NCBI RefSeq assembly: GCF_016026235.1
Contig: NZ_CP065613.1
Reading direction: 5' to 3' (one strand)
Length of the DNA stretch: 64,000 nt
Source: Escherichia coli
Lineage (GTDB): Bacteria; Pseudomonadota; Gammaproteobacteria; Enterobacterales; Enterobacteriaceae
Position numbers and translations under genes: made by a program. Shown here one piece after another: positions 17,480 to 28,860 of the stretch. Below the pieces are notes generated by a model. It searched no databases, was not told the origin of the DNA, and saw only the letters and a program-made list of their open reading frames with translations. Each line of letters begins with the position of its first letter. Within the stretch, counting starts at the first letter, position 1.

Positions 17480-18788
17480 ATGAAACGTGTTTCTCAAATG
17501 ACCGCGCTGGCAATGGCTTTAAGGGCTGGCTTGCGCTTCTTCGTGGGCCGCTGAACTGGCGAAGCCTCTTACACTTGACCAGCTTCAACAACAAAATGGC
17601 AAAGCGATAGATACTCGCCCCAGCGCGTTTTATAACGGCTGGCCACAAACCTTAAATGGCCCTTCTGGTCATGAACCTGCCGCCTTAAACCTCTCTGCCA
17701 GCTGGCTCGACAAAATGAGCACCGAACAGCTCAACGCGTGGATCAAGCAACATAACCTGAAAGCCGATGCCCCGGTGGCGCTGTACGGTAATGACAAAGA
17801 TGTCGACGCCGTCAAAACGCGACTGCAAAAAGCAGGTTTTACGCATATCTCCATTCTGAGTGACGCGCTAAGCGAACCTTCCCGTCTACAAAAACTGCCG
17901 CACTTTGAGCAGCTGGTTTATCCGCAATGGCTGCACGACCTGCAACAAGGTAAAGAGGTTACGGCGAAACCTGCCGGTGACTGGAAAGTCATTGAAGCGG
18001 CCTGGGGCGCTCCTAAGCTTTACCTTATCAGCCATATTCCCGGTGCTGACTACATCGATACCAACGAAGTGGAAAGCGAACCGCTGTGGAACAAAGTTTC
18101 TGATGAACAACTAAAAGCGATGCTGGCAAAACACGGCATTCGCCATGACACCACGGTCATTCTGTACGGGCGTGACGTATACGCTGGAGCGCGTGTTGCG
18201 CAAATTATGCTCTACGCAGGCGTGAAAGATGTGCGTCTGCTGGATGGCGGCTGGCAAACCTGGTCCGACGCGGGACTGCCTGTTGAGCGAGGAACGCCAC
18301 CGAAAGTGAAAGCGGAACCGGATTTCGGCGTGAAGATCCCGGCACAACCGCAGTTGATGCTCGATATGGAACAGGCCCGTGGACTGCTGCATCGCCAGGA
18401 TGCATCGCTGGTGAGCATTCGTTCGTGGCCAGAATTTATCGGTACGACCAGCGGTTACAGCTATATTAAACCAAAAGGTGAAATAGCCGGAGCACGTTGG
18501 GGACACGCTGGTAGCGACTCGACGCATATGGAAGATTTTCATAACCCGGATGGCACCATGCGCAGCGCCGATGATATTACCGCTATGTGGAAAGCGTGGA
18601 ATATCAAACCAGAGCAGCAAGTTTCATTCTACTGCGGCACCGGCTGGCGCGCGTCCGAAACCTTTATGTACGCACGCGCCATGGGCTGGAATAACGTCTC
18701 CGTTTACGACGGCGGCTGGTACGAATGGAGCAGCGATCCAAAAAATCCGGTAGCAACCGGTGAACGCGGCCCGGACAGTAGCAAATAA
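17480..18788 (+). pseudogene. ynjE: Periplasmic rhodanese-domain sulfurtransferase YnjE, interrupted by a +1 bp frameshift in the signal peptide
   Basis: ATG at 17480 opens MKRVSQMTALAMAL then hits TGA after 24 codons; the remainder continues one frame over to 18788. Span is 1308 nt (435 aa plus stop) plus 1. Extra A at 17521/17522 (tttaaggg). Confidence 0.75.
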
Positions 18789-18796
18789 CATTGCAA

Positions 18797-19417
18797 TTAC
18801 TGACGCTGGAGCGACTTCAGCGTCAGATACCCACTCCACACCCGCGTAAAGGTCGTCATCCAGCACAACGCACCGAAGATCCACGCAAACCACGCAAACC
18901 ATGCAGGGAATAAACATCCCAGCACAAACAGTAAGATCGTTTCTGTGCCTTCGGTTAATCCCCCCAGATAGTAAAACGACTTATGTGCATAACCGGGGTT
19001 ATCAATCTGATGTTTTGCTGCCAGTGCAGCAAAGGCGAGAAAACTGCTGCCCGTGCCGATAAACGCAAACAACAACCAGCCGCCTGCCAGCGCATTTTGC
19101 TCCGGTGCAGCAAGAATAAAGCCAAACGGCACCAGCGCGTAAAAGAGAAAATCGAGAGAAATATCAAGAAAGCCGCCCGCGTCGGTAAGCTCTCTGCGCC
19201 GCGCCAGCGCACCGTCCAGACCATCAAGCAGCCTGTTCAACAAAATGACGACTAGCGCCGCCAGATACCAGCCCAGCGCCAGAAACGGCAGAGCCAGCAC
19301 GCCGATGGCAAATCCCACTAATGTTAAACCATCTGGCGTAATGCCCGGTTTATCAAGAACCCGCACGCACTGATGCAACAACGGTTTAATCCGGGGATGA
19401 AGATGGCGGTCTAGCAC
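18797..19417 (-). CDS. ynjF: CDP-alcohol phosphatidyltransferase family membrane protein
   Basis: ORF 18797-19423; second GTG gives 206 aa; DGxxAR motif (LDGLDGALARR). Confidence 0.75.
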   Translation of the reverse strand: MLDRHLHPRIKPLLHQCVRVLDKPGITPDGLTLVGFAIGVLALPFLALGWYLAALVVILLNRLLDGLDGALARRRELTDAGGFLDISLDFLFYALVPFGFILAAPEQNALAGGWLLFAFIGTGSSFLAFAALAAKHQIDNPGYAHKSFYYLGGLTEGTETILLFVLGCLFPAWFAWFAWIFGALCWMTTFTRVWSGYLTLKSLQRQ

Positions 19418-19503
19418 AGGCACTCCTTAAATATAAAGCCTTTCTGATTGAGCAACAGTGCGGATATTATGGCATTTTTCGCTTATCTGCCCGTGTGTAA
19501 TTT

Positions 19504-19911
19504 ATGAAAATGATTGAAGTTGTTGCCGCCATCATTGAACGTGATGGCAAAATTTTACTCGCGCAACGCCCCGCCCAGAGCGATCAGGCGGGATTATGGG
19601 AGTTTGCCGGTGGTAAAGTCGAGCTGGATGAAAGCCAGCGGCAGGCGCTGGTGCGTGAGTTACGCGAAGAACTGGGCATCGAAGCAACTGTGGGTGAGTA
19701 TGTTGCCAGCCATCAGCGAGAAGTTTCGGGGCGGATTATCCATCTTCATGCCTGGCACGTACCCGACTTCCACGGGACGTTACAGGCACATGAACATCAG
19801 GCGCTGGTCTGGTGCTCACCTGAAGAGGCGCTGCAATATCCGCTGGCTCCTGCTGACATTCCATTATTAGAGGCATTTATGGCTTTACGCGCCGCCAGAC
19901 CAGCGGATTAG
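19504..19911 (+). CDS. nudG: Nudix hydrolase (CTP/dCTP pyrophosphohydrolase)
   Basis: 135-aa ORF with Nudix box (GGKVELDESQRQALVRELREELGIE). Confidence 0.88.
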   Translation: MKMIEVVAAIIERDGKILLAQRPAQSDQAGLWEFAGGKVELDESQRQALVRELREELGIEATVGEYVASHQREVSGRIIHLHAWHVPDFHGTLQAHEHQALVWCSPEEALQYPLAPADIPLLEAFMALRAARPAD

Positions 19912-20149
19912 TGCTAAGGGTTTTGTCATCCCGCTGGCATTGCAGCAGTATTCCTTCGGCTTTAATTACCGCCCCTTCAGAATAATTTTTATCCTGATAA
20001 ACGCAGCACTGAGTACAGGGCTGCGCTGACTGCCCGCCTGAACTGAACACTTCTGGCGGTACGTTTACCGCCACGTCCGGACGATAATGCGGCTTAGCCA
20101 GTGCAATTAATGGAAATGCTAATACTACGGCGAACAATGCTCGACTCAC
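19877..20149 (-). CDS. ynjH: DUF1496 secreted protein
   Basis: 90-aa ORF with signal peptide; 3' end overlaps nudG convergently by 35 bp. Confidence 0.7.
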   Translation of the reverse strand: MSRALFAVVLAFPLIALAKPHYRPDVAVNVPPEVFSSGGQSAQPCTQCCVYQDKNYSEGAVIKAEGILLQCQRDDKTLSTNPLVWRRVKP

Positions 20150-20384
20150 AGGGAACTCCTTAACGTTATTGTCTCTGCTACTGATAACGGTAGCCGGGTG
20201 GCAAAACTTTAGCGTCTGAGTTATCGCATTTGGTTATGAGATTACTCTCGTTATTAATTTGCTTTCCTGGGTCATTTTTTTCTTGCTTACCGTCACATTC
20301 TTGATGGTATAGTCGAAAACTGCAAAAGCACATGACATAAACAACATAAGCACAATCGTATTAATATATAAGGGTTTTATATCT

Positions 20385-21728
20385 ATGGATCAGACATATT
20401 CTCTGGAGTCATTCCTCAACCATGTCCAAAAGCGCGACCCGAATCAAACCGAGTTCGCGCAAGCCGTTCGTGAAGTAATGACCACACTCTGGCCTTTTCT
20501 TGAACAAAATCCAAAATATCGTCAGATGTCATTACTGGAGCGTCTGGTTGAACCGGAGCGCGTGATCCAGTTTCGCGTGGTATGGGTTGACGATCGCAAC
20601 CAGGTACAGGTCAACCGTGCATGGCGCGTGCAGTTCAGCTCCGCCATCGGCCCGTACAAAGGCGGTATGCGCTTCCATCCGTCAGTTAACCTCTCCATTC
20701 TCAAATTTCTCGGCTTCGAGCAAACCTTCAAAAATGCCCTGACTACCCTGCCGATGGGCGGTGGTAAAGGCGGCAGCGATTTCGATCCAAAAGGGAAAAG
20801 CGAAGGCGAAGTGATGCGTTTCTGCCAGGCGCTGATGACTGAACTGTATCGCCACCTGGGCGCGGATACCGACGTTCCGGCAGGTGATATCGGCGTTGGT
20901 GGTCGTGAAGTCGGCTTTATGGCGGGGATGATGAAAAAGCTCTCCAACAATACCGCCTGCGTCTTCACCGGTAAGGGCCTTTCATTTGGCGGTAGTCTTA
21001 TTCGCCCGGAAGCTACCGGCTACGGTCTGGTTTATTTCACAGAAGCAATGTTAAAACGCCACGGTATGGGTTTTGAAGGGATGCGCGTTTCCGTTTCTGG
21101 CTCCGGCAACGTCGCCCAGTACGCTATCGAAAAAGCGATGGAATTTGGTGCTCGTGTGATCACTGCGTCAGACTCCAGCGGCACTGTAGTTGATGAAAGC
21201 GGATTCACGAAAGAGAAACTGGCACGTCTTATCGAAATCAAAGCCAGCCGCGATGGTCGAGTGGCAGATTACGCCAAAGAATTTGGTCTGGTCTATCTCG
21301 AAGGCCAACAGCCGTGGTCTGTACCGGTTGATATCGCCCTGCCTTGCGCCACCCAGAACGAACTGGATGTTGACGCCGCGCATCAGCTTATCGCCAATGG
21401 CGTTAAAGCCGTCGCCGAAGGGGCAAATATGCCGACCACCATCGAAGCGACTGAACTGTTCCAGCAGGCAGGCGTACTGTTTGCACCGGGTAAAGCGGCT
21501 AATGCTGGCGGTGTAGCAACGTCAGGCCTTGAAATGGCGCAAAACGCTGCGCGCCTGGGCTGGAAAGCCGAGAAAGTTGACGCACGTTTGCATCACATCA
21601 TGCTGGATATCCACCATGCCTGTGTTGAGCATGGTGGTGAAGGTGAGCAAACCAACTACGTGCAGGGCGCGAACATTGCCGGTTTTGTGAAGGTTGCCGA
21701 TGCGATGCTGGCGCAGGGTGTGATTTAA
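20385..21728 (+). CDS. gdhA: NADP-specific glutamate dehydrogenase
   Basis: 447-aa ORF with the Glu/Leu/Phe/Val dehydrogenase active-site region (GGGKGG). Confidence 0.95.
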   Translation: MDQTYSLESFLNHVQKRDPNQTEFAQAVREVMTTLWPFLEQNPKYRQMSLLERLVEPERVIQFRVVWVDDRNQVQVNRAWRVQFSSAIGPYKGGMRFHPSVNLSILKFLGFEQTFKNALTTLPMGGGKGGSDFDPKGKSEGEVMRFCQALMTELYRHLGADTDVPAGDIGVGGREVGFMAGMMKKLSNNTACVFTGKGLSFGGSLIRPEATGYGLVYFTEAMLKRHGMGFEGMRVSVSGSGNVAQYAIEKAMEFGARVITASDSSGTVVDESGFTKEKLARLIEIKASRDGRVADYAKEFGLVYLEGQQPWSVPVDIALPCATQNELDVDAAHQLIANGVKAVAEGANMPTTIEATELFQQAGVLFAPGKAANAGGVATSGLEMAQNAARLGWKAEKVDARLHHIMLDIHHACVEHGGEGEQTNYVQGANIAGFVKVADAMLAQGVI

Positions 21729-21737
21729 GTTGTAAAT

Positions 21738-21829
21738 GCCTGATGGCGCTACGCTTATCAGGCCTACAAATGGGCACAATTCATTGCAGTTACGCTCTAA
21801 TGTAGGCCGGGCAAGCGCAGCGCCCCCGG
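21738..21829. repeat. REP pair (BIME) downstream of gdhA
   Basis: gcctgatggcgctacgcttatcaggcctac and gtaggccgggcaagcgcagcgcccccggc in inverted orientation. Confidence 0.6.
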
Positions 21830-21844
21830 CAAAATTTCAGGCGT

Positions 21845-22885
21845 TTATGAGTATTTAACGGATGATGCTCCCCAGGGAACATTTCTTATGGGCCAACGGC
21901 ATTTCTTACTGTAGTGCTCCCAAAACTGCTTGTCGTAACGATAACACGCTTCAAGTTCAGCATCCGTTAACTTTCTGCGATAGCAGCAGATATGCCAGTA
22001 AAGAAATCCCATTAGACTATTTTTTTGATAATCTTCTTCGCTTTCGAACAACTCGTGCGCCTTTCGAGAAGCAAGCATTATATAATGCCAGGCCAGTTCT
22101 TCTTCAATTGTCCCGTTTTGAAAAGCTGTGCTTGATATCGAGATCATCCATGATAATTCCGCCGCCCATATTAGCTTCGCCGAGGATTTACCGGAGCGAT
22201 TATTAGCGCAATCAGAGATATAGTCTGAGGGAAAAACAGCAAATTTATTCAACAAGGCGATAACCTGCTCTGGGGCTTCCTCCATGTTTGCTTTAAAGGT
22301 ATTGGCTCCATGGTCGCCAGAAAGAAAATGCTCCATTAAGGCACAATAACTTTCGCTATCTTCGATACCCCATTGATCCTCTAAAGACTCGCGTCTTTTA
22401 CTTATGATATCGATCGAGTCAAAAGGAAGCACATGATATTGGAAGGTATCTTTGCCAGGTTCAGGCTTTCGCGGCCAGAACTCCAGCGTTTCAGACCATT
22501 GCTTATGATAGAATCGATAAGGTGCGATCAATTGTAGCGCCTGTAACTTCTCGATACTGAGCGGCTCAATACCTTTAGCCTGATAATAATGCAGTTGTTC
22601 TTTTTTTGCTTTAAAACCGGCCCGAACAATAAGCCCCATCATAATTAATAGATAAAGAAAAGAGCATCCCGCGGTAATCAGGCCTCTTTCATTCAAACCG
22701 TTGGATGTTATCGCTGCGAACACAAACATTACAGCGACAACACATGTTAAATAAAACCCCCACTTACAAAGCAGCATGGCCTTATTTTCTTTAATCATCC
22801 GTTCAAAATTACTATTAAATATTTCCCAGCCATTAAAAGAATACTTCTCGCTCCCAGGATGGTTTTGTAATAAAACTTTTTTCAT
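21845..22885 (-). CDS. ynjI: Inner membrane protein YnjI
   Basis: ORF 21845-23008; start at MKKVLLQNHPG gives 346 aa. Confidence 0.75.
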   Translation of the reverse strand: MKKVLLQNHPGSEKYSFNGWEIFNSNFERMIKENKAMLLCKWGFYLTCVVAVMFVFAAITSNGLNERGLITAGCSFLYLLIMMGLIVRAGFKAKKEQLHYYQAKGIEPLSIEKLQALQLIAPYRFYHKQWSETLEFWPRKPEPGKDTFQYHVLPFDSIDIISKRRESLEDQWGIEDSESYCALMEHFLSGDHGANTFKANMEEAPEQVIALLNKFAVFPSDYISDCANNRSGKSSAKLIWAAELSWMISISSTAFQNGTIEEELAWHYIMLASRKAHELFESEEDYQKNSLMGFLYWHICCYRRKLTDAELEACYRYDKQFWEHYSKKCRWPIRNVPWGASSVKYS

Positions 22886-23012
22886 CACATTCCCTGTTAT
22901 TACATACTTTAGAGGCGATAATTTTATCCATGCAAAAAAAATATCCAACGAATTTTCTTGATCCGCTGGATATTTCAGAATATGACTCGAATAGCACGAA
23001 AGATTCACTCGC

Positions 23013-24974
23013 TTACGCTATCGCCCCGCTTCCGACTTCATCTGCTGGCGGACTTTTTTTCGCACTACGTTTACGCGGTGCAGCCTTTTTCTTATCAGCA
23101 CTGCCACCACTGCCCGGAGCCACAATGCCGCGAAACTGCCGCACCGGCGTACGTTTGGCTTGATCAATAAGCTGATATAGCGTCCCCACCAGCGGCTGCA
23201 TAAAGTCCTGATAGCGACACTGCTTTTCGCTGATTTGCGTCAGCACCGATTCCCAGTGCGCGGTCATGTCCGGTCGCGTCGCCATTTCTGGCAGCGAATG
23301 GAATAACGCTTTTCCGGCGTCGGTAGAGTGGATATAGCGCCCTTTTTTGGTCAGAAAACCACGCTTGAACAGCAGTTCAATAATCCCGGCACGGGTTGCT
23401 TCTGTCCCCAGACCATCGGTCGCACGAAGGATCTTTTTCAGATCTTTGTCCTGCACAAAGCGCGCGATCCCGGTCATCGCCGAAAGCAGTGTTGCATCGG
23501 TAAAATGGCGCGGCGGCTGGGTTTGCCGCTCTACCACTTCACCTTTTTCACACAGCAACTCATCGCCTTTCGCCACCACAGGCAATGGCGTACCGTCGTT
23601 TTCTTCATCGCGCTCTTTGCTGCCTAACAGCGTGCGCCAGCCTGCTTCAGCAAGAAAACGGGCTTTAGCGACAAATTTGCCTTTGGCAATGTCCAGTTCG
23701 ATAACACACTTGCGGAACACCGCATCCGGGCAGAACTGCATCAGGTATTGACGGGCAATCAGGTTATAGACCTTCGCTTCGTTCTCCGTCAGGTTGATCG
23801 CAGAACTCCGTGCGGTCGGAATGATGGCGTGGTGCGCATCGACCTTTTTGTCATCCCAACAGCGGTTGCGTATATCTGGATCTACCACTGGCTGCGGCAA
23901 CAGATCCGGTGCATGAACACTGATGGCATTCATCACCGCGTGGCGTCCGGCAAAATGTTCTTCTGGCAAATAGCGACAATCGGAACGCGGATAAGTGATT
24001 AGCTTGTGCGTTTCGTACAGCTTCTGGCAGATATCAAGCACGTTCTGCGCGCTCAGACCAAAGCGTTTTGCCGCTTCAATCTGCAACGCCGAAAGCGAAA
24101 ACGGCAGCGGCGCGGATTCTGATTCCCGTTTATCGTTATAGCTGGTGACAATAGCCGGTTGACCACTAATGCGGTTAACTACATGCTCCGCCAGTGGACG
24201 ATGTAACAAGCGCCCTTCTTCATCCTGGTACGGTTCACACGCTTCGCTCGGTTGCCAGATAGCGGTAAACCGCTCATCGGCAGGTGTCACGATATGTGCT
24301 TTGACTTCAAAGAAGTCTTTCGCCACGAAGTTTTCAATCTCTTCATCGCGGCGCACCACCAGCCCAAGCACGGGCGTCTGCACGCGTCCCACGGAAAGTA
24401 CGCCCTGATAACCGGCATTGCGACCGAGAATGGTATACGCACGGGTCATATTGATGCCGTACAGCCAGTCGGCACGCGCTCGCGCCAGCGCAGAAACGCA
24501 CAGCGGTACAAACTCACTGTTGGAACGAAGACGGTCGATCGCCCGCTCAACCGCCTGCGGGTTCAGGTCGTTTATCAAGCAACGCTGTACCTGCTGGCGC
24601 TTTTCCGGTGCCAGTTGTAGATAGTCCAGCACTTCATCCACCAGCAGTTGCCCTTCGCGATCCGGGTCCCCGGCGTGAACGATTTCGCTGGCTTCATGCA
24701 GGTACCGTTTGATGACGTTAAGTTGTTTGGTCACGGAGGGTCGGGGCTGTAATTGCCACTTTTCCGGGACAATCGGCAAATCCGCAAGATTCCAGCGCGC
24801 ATAGCGGCTGTCGTAGGCGTCTGGCTGCGCCTGCTCAAGCAGGTGACCGATACACCAGGTCACCACCTGACCATTACCGCACTCGATAAAGCCATCGCCT
24901 TTCCGGTGCGGTTTGGGCAGGACATCAGCAATGGCGCGCGCCAGACTCGGTTTTTCGGCAATAAACAACCGCAT
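23013..24974 (-). CDS. topB: DNA topoisomerase III
   Basis: ORF 23013-25031; start at [16 protein letters not shown] gives 653 aa; Toprim/topoisomerase IA features. Confidence 0.93.
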   Translation of the reverse strand: MRLFIAEKPSLARAIADVLPKPHRKGDGFIECGNGQVVTWCIGHLLEQAQPDAYDSRYARWNLADLPIVPEKWQLQPRPSVTKQLNVIKRYLHEASEIVHAGDPDREGQLLVDEVLDYLQLAPEKRQQVQRCLINDLNPQAVERAIDRLRSNSEFVPLCVSALARARADWLYGINMTRAYTILGRNAGYQGVLSVGRVQTPVLGLVVRRDEEIENFVAKDFFEVKAHIVTPADERFTAIWQPSEACEPYQDEEGRLLHRPLAEHVVNRISGQPAIVTSYNDKRESESAPLPFSLSALQIEAAKRFGLSAQNVLDICQKLYETHKLITYPRSDCRYLPEEHFAGRHAVMNAISVHAPDLLPQPVVDPDIRNRCWDDKKVDAHHAIIPTARSSAINLTENEAKVYNLIARQYLMQFCPDAVFRKCVIELDIAKGKFVAKARFLAEAGWRTLLGSKERDEENDGTPLPVVAKGDELLCEKGEVVERQTQPPRHFTDATLLSAMTGIARFVQDKDLKKILRATDGLGTEATRAGIIELLFKRGFLTKKGRYIHSTDAGKALFHSLPEMATRPDMTAHWESVLTQISEKQCRYQDFMQPLVGTLYQLIDQAKRTPVRQFRGIVAPGSGGSADKKKAAPRKRSAKKSPPADEVGSGAIA

Positions 24975-24978
24975 TGAA

Positions 24979-26022
24979 TTAACGGATCTCAACCATGGCA
25001 CGACCGCCGCGCGCTGGCACCAGTTCGCCAATCGCCGTCAGTTCAATGCCAAACTCGGCGGCTGTAGCTTTAACCTCATTTTCTGCTTCCGGCATGACCG
25101 CCAGCAGCAAACCGCCAGAAGTTTGCGGATCGCACAGCAAATCGCGCACTTCACGCGGCATTTCACCCATCAGATGACCGTAGCTGGCAAAGTTACGTTC
25201 GGTGCCGCCAGGCACTGCGCCCAACTTAATGTACTCTTCAACCCCCGGCAATTTTGGGATCGCGTCATAGTCAACGCGCGCCTGCACACCTGCGCCCTGA
25301 CACATTTCGCTCAAATGGCCCAGCAGGCCAAAGCCCGTTACGTCGGTCATCGCTTTTACGCCTTCAATGTTGGCAAAGGACGCGCCTGCGATGTTCATCC
25401 GGCACATCACTTCCGTCGCCAGTCCCTGATGTTCTGGTTTCAGCAGTGATTTTTTCTCAGCCGTGGTAAGAACGCCGATCCCCAGCGGTTTCGTCAGGAA
25501 CAGTTTACATCCGGCTTGTGCGGTACTGTTTTTCTTCACCCGCTCGGTCGGTACGATCCCCGTCACCGCCAAACCAAAAATCGGCTCCGGCGCATCGATG
25601 GAGTGACCGCCAGCCAGCGCAATACCCGCCTGACGACATGCATAGCGTCCACCTTCGGTCACTTCGCGGGCAATTTCCGGGGAAAGTTTATTAATCGGCC
25701 AGCCGAGGATCGCAATCGCCATAATCGGCTTGCCCCCCATCGCGAAGATATCGCTGATGGCGTTAGTCGCCGCAATGCGGCCAAAATCGAAAGGATTATC
25801 AACGATCGGCATAAAGAAGTCGGTGGTACTGATAACGCTGGTGCCATTGCCCAGATCGTACACCGCCGCATCGTCGCGGGTTTCATTACCCACAAGCAAA
25901 TTCGGATCAACAAACTTCGCCTGCTCACTGTGCAGGATGGTTTCCAACACTTTTGGGGAAATTTTACAGCCGCAACCAGCTCCGTGGCTGTATTGGGTCA
26001 AACGAATCGAGTTCTCGCTCAT
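24979..26022 (-). CDS. selD: Selenide, water dikinase (selenophosphate synthetase)
   Basis: ORF 24979-26028; start at [20 protein letters not shown] gives 347 aa. Sits 4 bp upstream of topB. Confidence 0.92.
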
Positions 26023-26138
26023 GGACATCTCCTGTCAATGCAATCCGGGTATGGTAACCCTCATTCCGTGAAGTGATAAGTGAGAGTGTCTGAATTACTG
26101 CGCCTTTGCTCACAATCCAGACAGTTTCGCGACAATTA

Positions 26139-26690
26139 TCAGAAATAAGTCACAAACGGCGTCGGGTCTGGGACGTTTATCGACGTAGATGCTTTCAACT
26201 GCGGCGTACCGAGGTAGAGAAAACCGACAATTTTATCCTGCTCACGGCAACCGAATGCTTCACGCACTACCGGGCTTTCAGTTAATGCGCCACTGCGCCA
26301 GATGCCGCCAGAACCCTGGGCAACGGCTGCCATTTGCATCGCCATGACCGCGCATCCGGCAGACATTTCCTGTTCCCAGCGCGGGACTTTATGATTTTCT
26401 TCGCATTTCGCCACCACCGTGATGATGAGCGGTGCGCGGAACGGCGCATTACGCGCTTTGTCGATGGCTTTGTCATCACTACCGGCAGCAATCGCCCCCT
26501 GCTCCAGTACGGCGCTGAAACGCTCGCGCCCTTCCCCTTCAATCACAAAAAAATGCCACGGTTGCATGGACTTATGGTCCGGCGCACGCATACCCGCACG
26601 CAGGATGTTTTGCAGTTGTTCACCCGTTGGCGCGGGTTCAGCCAGGCGGGAGGCGCTACGGCGATTGATCAATAGTTCGAGTGCATCCAT
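26139..26690 (-). CDS. ydjA: NAD(P)H nitroreductase-family protein
   Basis: ORF 26139-26708; start at [12 protein letters not shown] gives 183 aa. Confidence 0.82.
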   Translation of the reverse strand: MDALELLINRRSASRLAEPAPTGEQLQNILRAGMRAPDHKSMQPWHFFVIEGEGRERFSAVLEQGAIAAGSDDKAIDKARNAPFRAPLIITVVAKCEENHKVPRWEQEMSAGCAVMAMQMAAVAQGSGGIWRSGALTESPVVREAFGCREQDKIVGFLYLGTPQLKASTSINVPDPTPFVTYF

Positions 26691-26850
26691 TTGATTAACT
26701 CCTGTCATGATATTTATTCACAAAATTAACACGAGAGTGGATTTTGTTACAGCACAGTCCGCAATTCCTGCTGACAAGTGTCGGTTGGGTCATTACGATA
26801 ACCACATCTATTGCGCCTGTGACAGGTGTGACCTTAAGTTGGGAGAATAC

Positions 26851-28707
26851 ATGCGAACCCTTTGGCGATTTATTGCCGGATTTTTTAAATGGACGTGGCG
26901 TCTGCTGAATTTCGTCCGTGAAATGGTACTTAACCTGTTCTTTATTTTTCTCGTGCTGGTTGGTGTGGGGATCTGGATGCAGGTCAGTGGTGGTGATTCG
27001 AAAGAAACGGCCAGTCGTGGTGCACTGCTGCTGGACATTTCTGGTGTGATCGTCGATAAACCCGACAGTTCTCAGCGGTTTAGTAAATTAAGCCGCCAAC
27101 TACTTGGTGCCAGTTCCGATCGTCTGCAGGAAAACTCACTGTTTGATATCGTCAACACCATTCGCCAGGCGAAGGATGACCGCAATATCACCGGTATCGT
27201 GATGGATCTGAAAAACTTCGCAGGCGGCGACCAGCCGTCTATGCAGTACATCGGCAAAGCCCTGAAAGAGTTTCGTGACAGCGGGAAACCGGTTTATGCC
27301 GTTGGCGAGAACTACAGCCAGGGGCAATATTATCTCGCCAGTTTCGCCAATAAAATTTGGCTGTCACCGCAAGGCGTGGTGGATTTGCACGGTTTTGCTA
27401 CCAACGGTCTGTACTACAAATCGTTGCTGGATAAGCTGAAAGTTTCCACCCATGTGTTCCGCGTGGGTACGTATAAATCTGCCGTTGAACCGTTTATTCG
27501 TGATGACATGTCACCGGCAGCCCGCGAAGCTGACAGCCGCTGGATTGGTGAGCTGTGGCAAAACTATCTGAATACTGTTGCCGCTAACCGGCAGATCCCT
27601 GCTCAGCAGGTATTCCCTGACGCGCAAGGGTTGCTTGAGGGTTTAACCAAAACCGGTGGCGATACCGCGAAATATGCACTGGAAAACAAGCTGGTCGATG
27701 CACTGGCATCGAGTGCGGAAATCGAAAAAGCACTGACCAAAGAGTTCGGCTGGAGTAAGACTGATAAAAATTATCGCGCCATCAGTTATTACGATTACGC
27801 ATTGAAAACGCCGGCAGATACCGGTGACAGCATCGGTGTCGTCTTCGCTAATGGCGCAATTATGGATGGCGAGGAAACTCAGGGGAATGTTGGCGGTGAT
27901 ACCACTGCGGCACAAATCCGCGACGCTCGCCTTGACCCGAAAGTGAAAGCGATTGTCCTGCGTGTTAATAGCCCAGGCGGCAGCGTTACCGCGTCTGAAG
28001 TGATTCGCGCTGAACTGGCAGCAGCCCGGGCAGCGGGTAAGCCTGTGGTTGTATCGATGGGCGGCATGGCGGCATCTGGTGGTTACTGGATTTCTACGCC
28101 AGCTAATTACATTGTGGCTAACCCCAGCACCCTGACCGGTTCTATCGGTATCTTCGGCGTGATCACCACCGTAGAAAATAGTCTGGATTCGATTGGTGTT
28201 CATACTGATGGTGTCTCAACTTCACCGCTGGCAGATGTTTCTATCACCAGGGCACTGCCGCCGGAAGCGCAGCAGATGATGCAGTTAAGCATTGAGAATG
28301 GCTATAAACGCTTTATCACGCTGGTTGCTGATGCGCGTCATTCGACGCCGGAGCAAATTGATAAAATCGCCCAGGGCCACGTCTGGACCGGTCAGGATGC
28401 AAAAGCTAACGGGCTGGTCGATAGTCTCGGGGATTTCGATGATGCGGTTGCCAAAGCAGCAGAGCTGGCAAAAGTGAAACAGTGGCATCTGGAATACTAC
28501 GTTGATGAACCGACCTTCTTCGACAAAGTGATGGACAACATGTCTGGTTCTGTCCGGGCAATGTTGCCAGATGCGTTCCAGGCCATGTTACCTGCACCGC
28601 TGGCCTCGGTAGCCTCTACCGTTAAAAGTGAAAGCGACAAGCTGGCGGCGTTTAACGACCCACAAAACCGTTATGCGTTTTGCCTGACCTGCGCCAACGT
28701 GCGTTAA
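26851..28707 (+). CDS. sppA: Signal peptide peptidase A (protease IV)
   Basis: ORF 26707-28707; start at [12 protein letters not shown] gives 618 aa; tandem S49 peptidase domains. Confidence 0.9.
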
Positions 28708-28860
28708 GTCTTGTACTGAGTGGCCGACAGATCGTCGGCCATATTTTTAATCCTCTTCCCGCTGTCTCGCCCCATATTTCCTTATCCGCATAGTATCAGG
28801 TGCGCTCCCCCTGCCTCACGTATATACTTTTGCTCTTTCGATATCATTCATATCAATATC

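Noticed and set aside
26707-26850. N-terminal extension of the sppA ORF (666 aa versus 618 aa)
   Set aside because: The extension lacks signal-anchor character, whereas the internal Met [12 protein letters not shown] precedes the expected membrane anchor; the extended frame probably reflects absence of an in-frame stop rather than real coding sequence.
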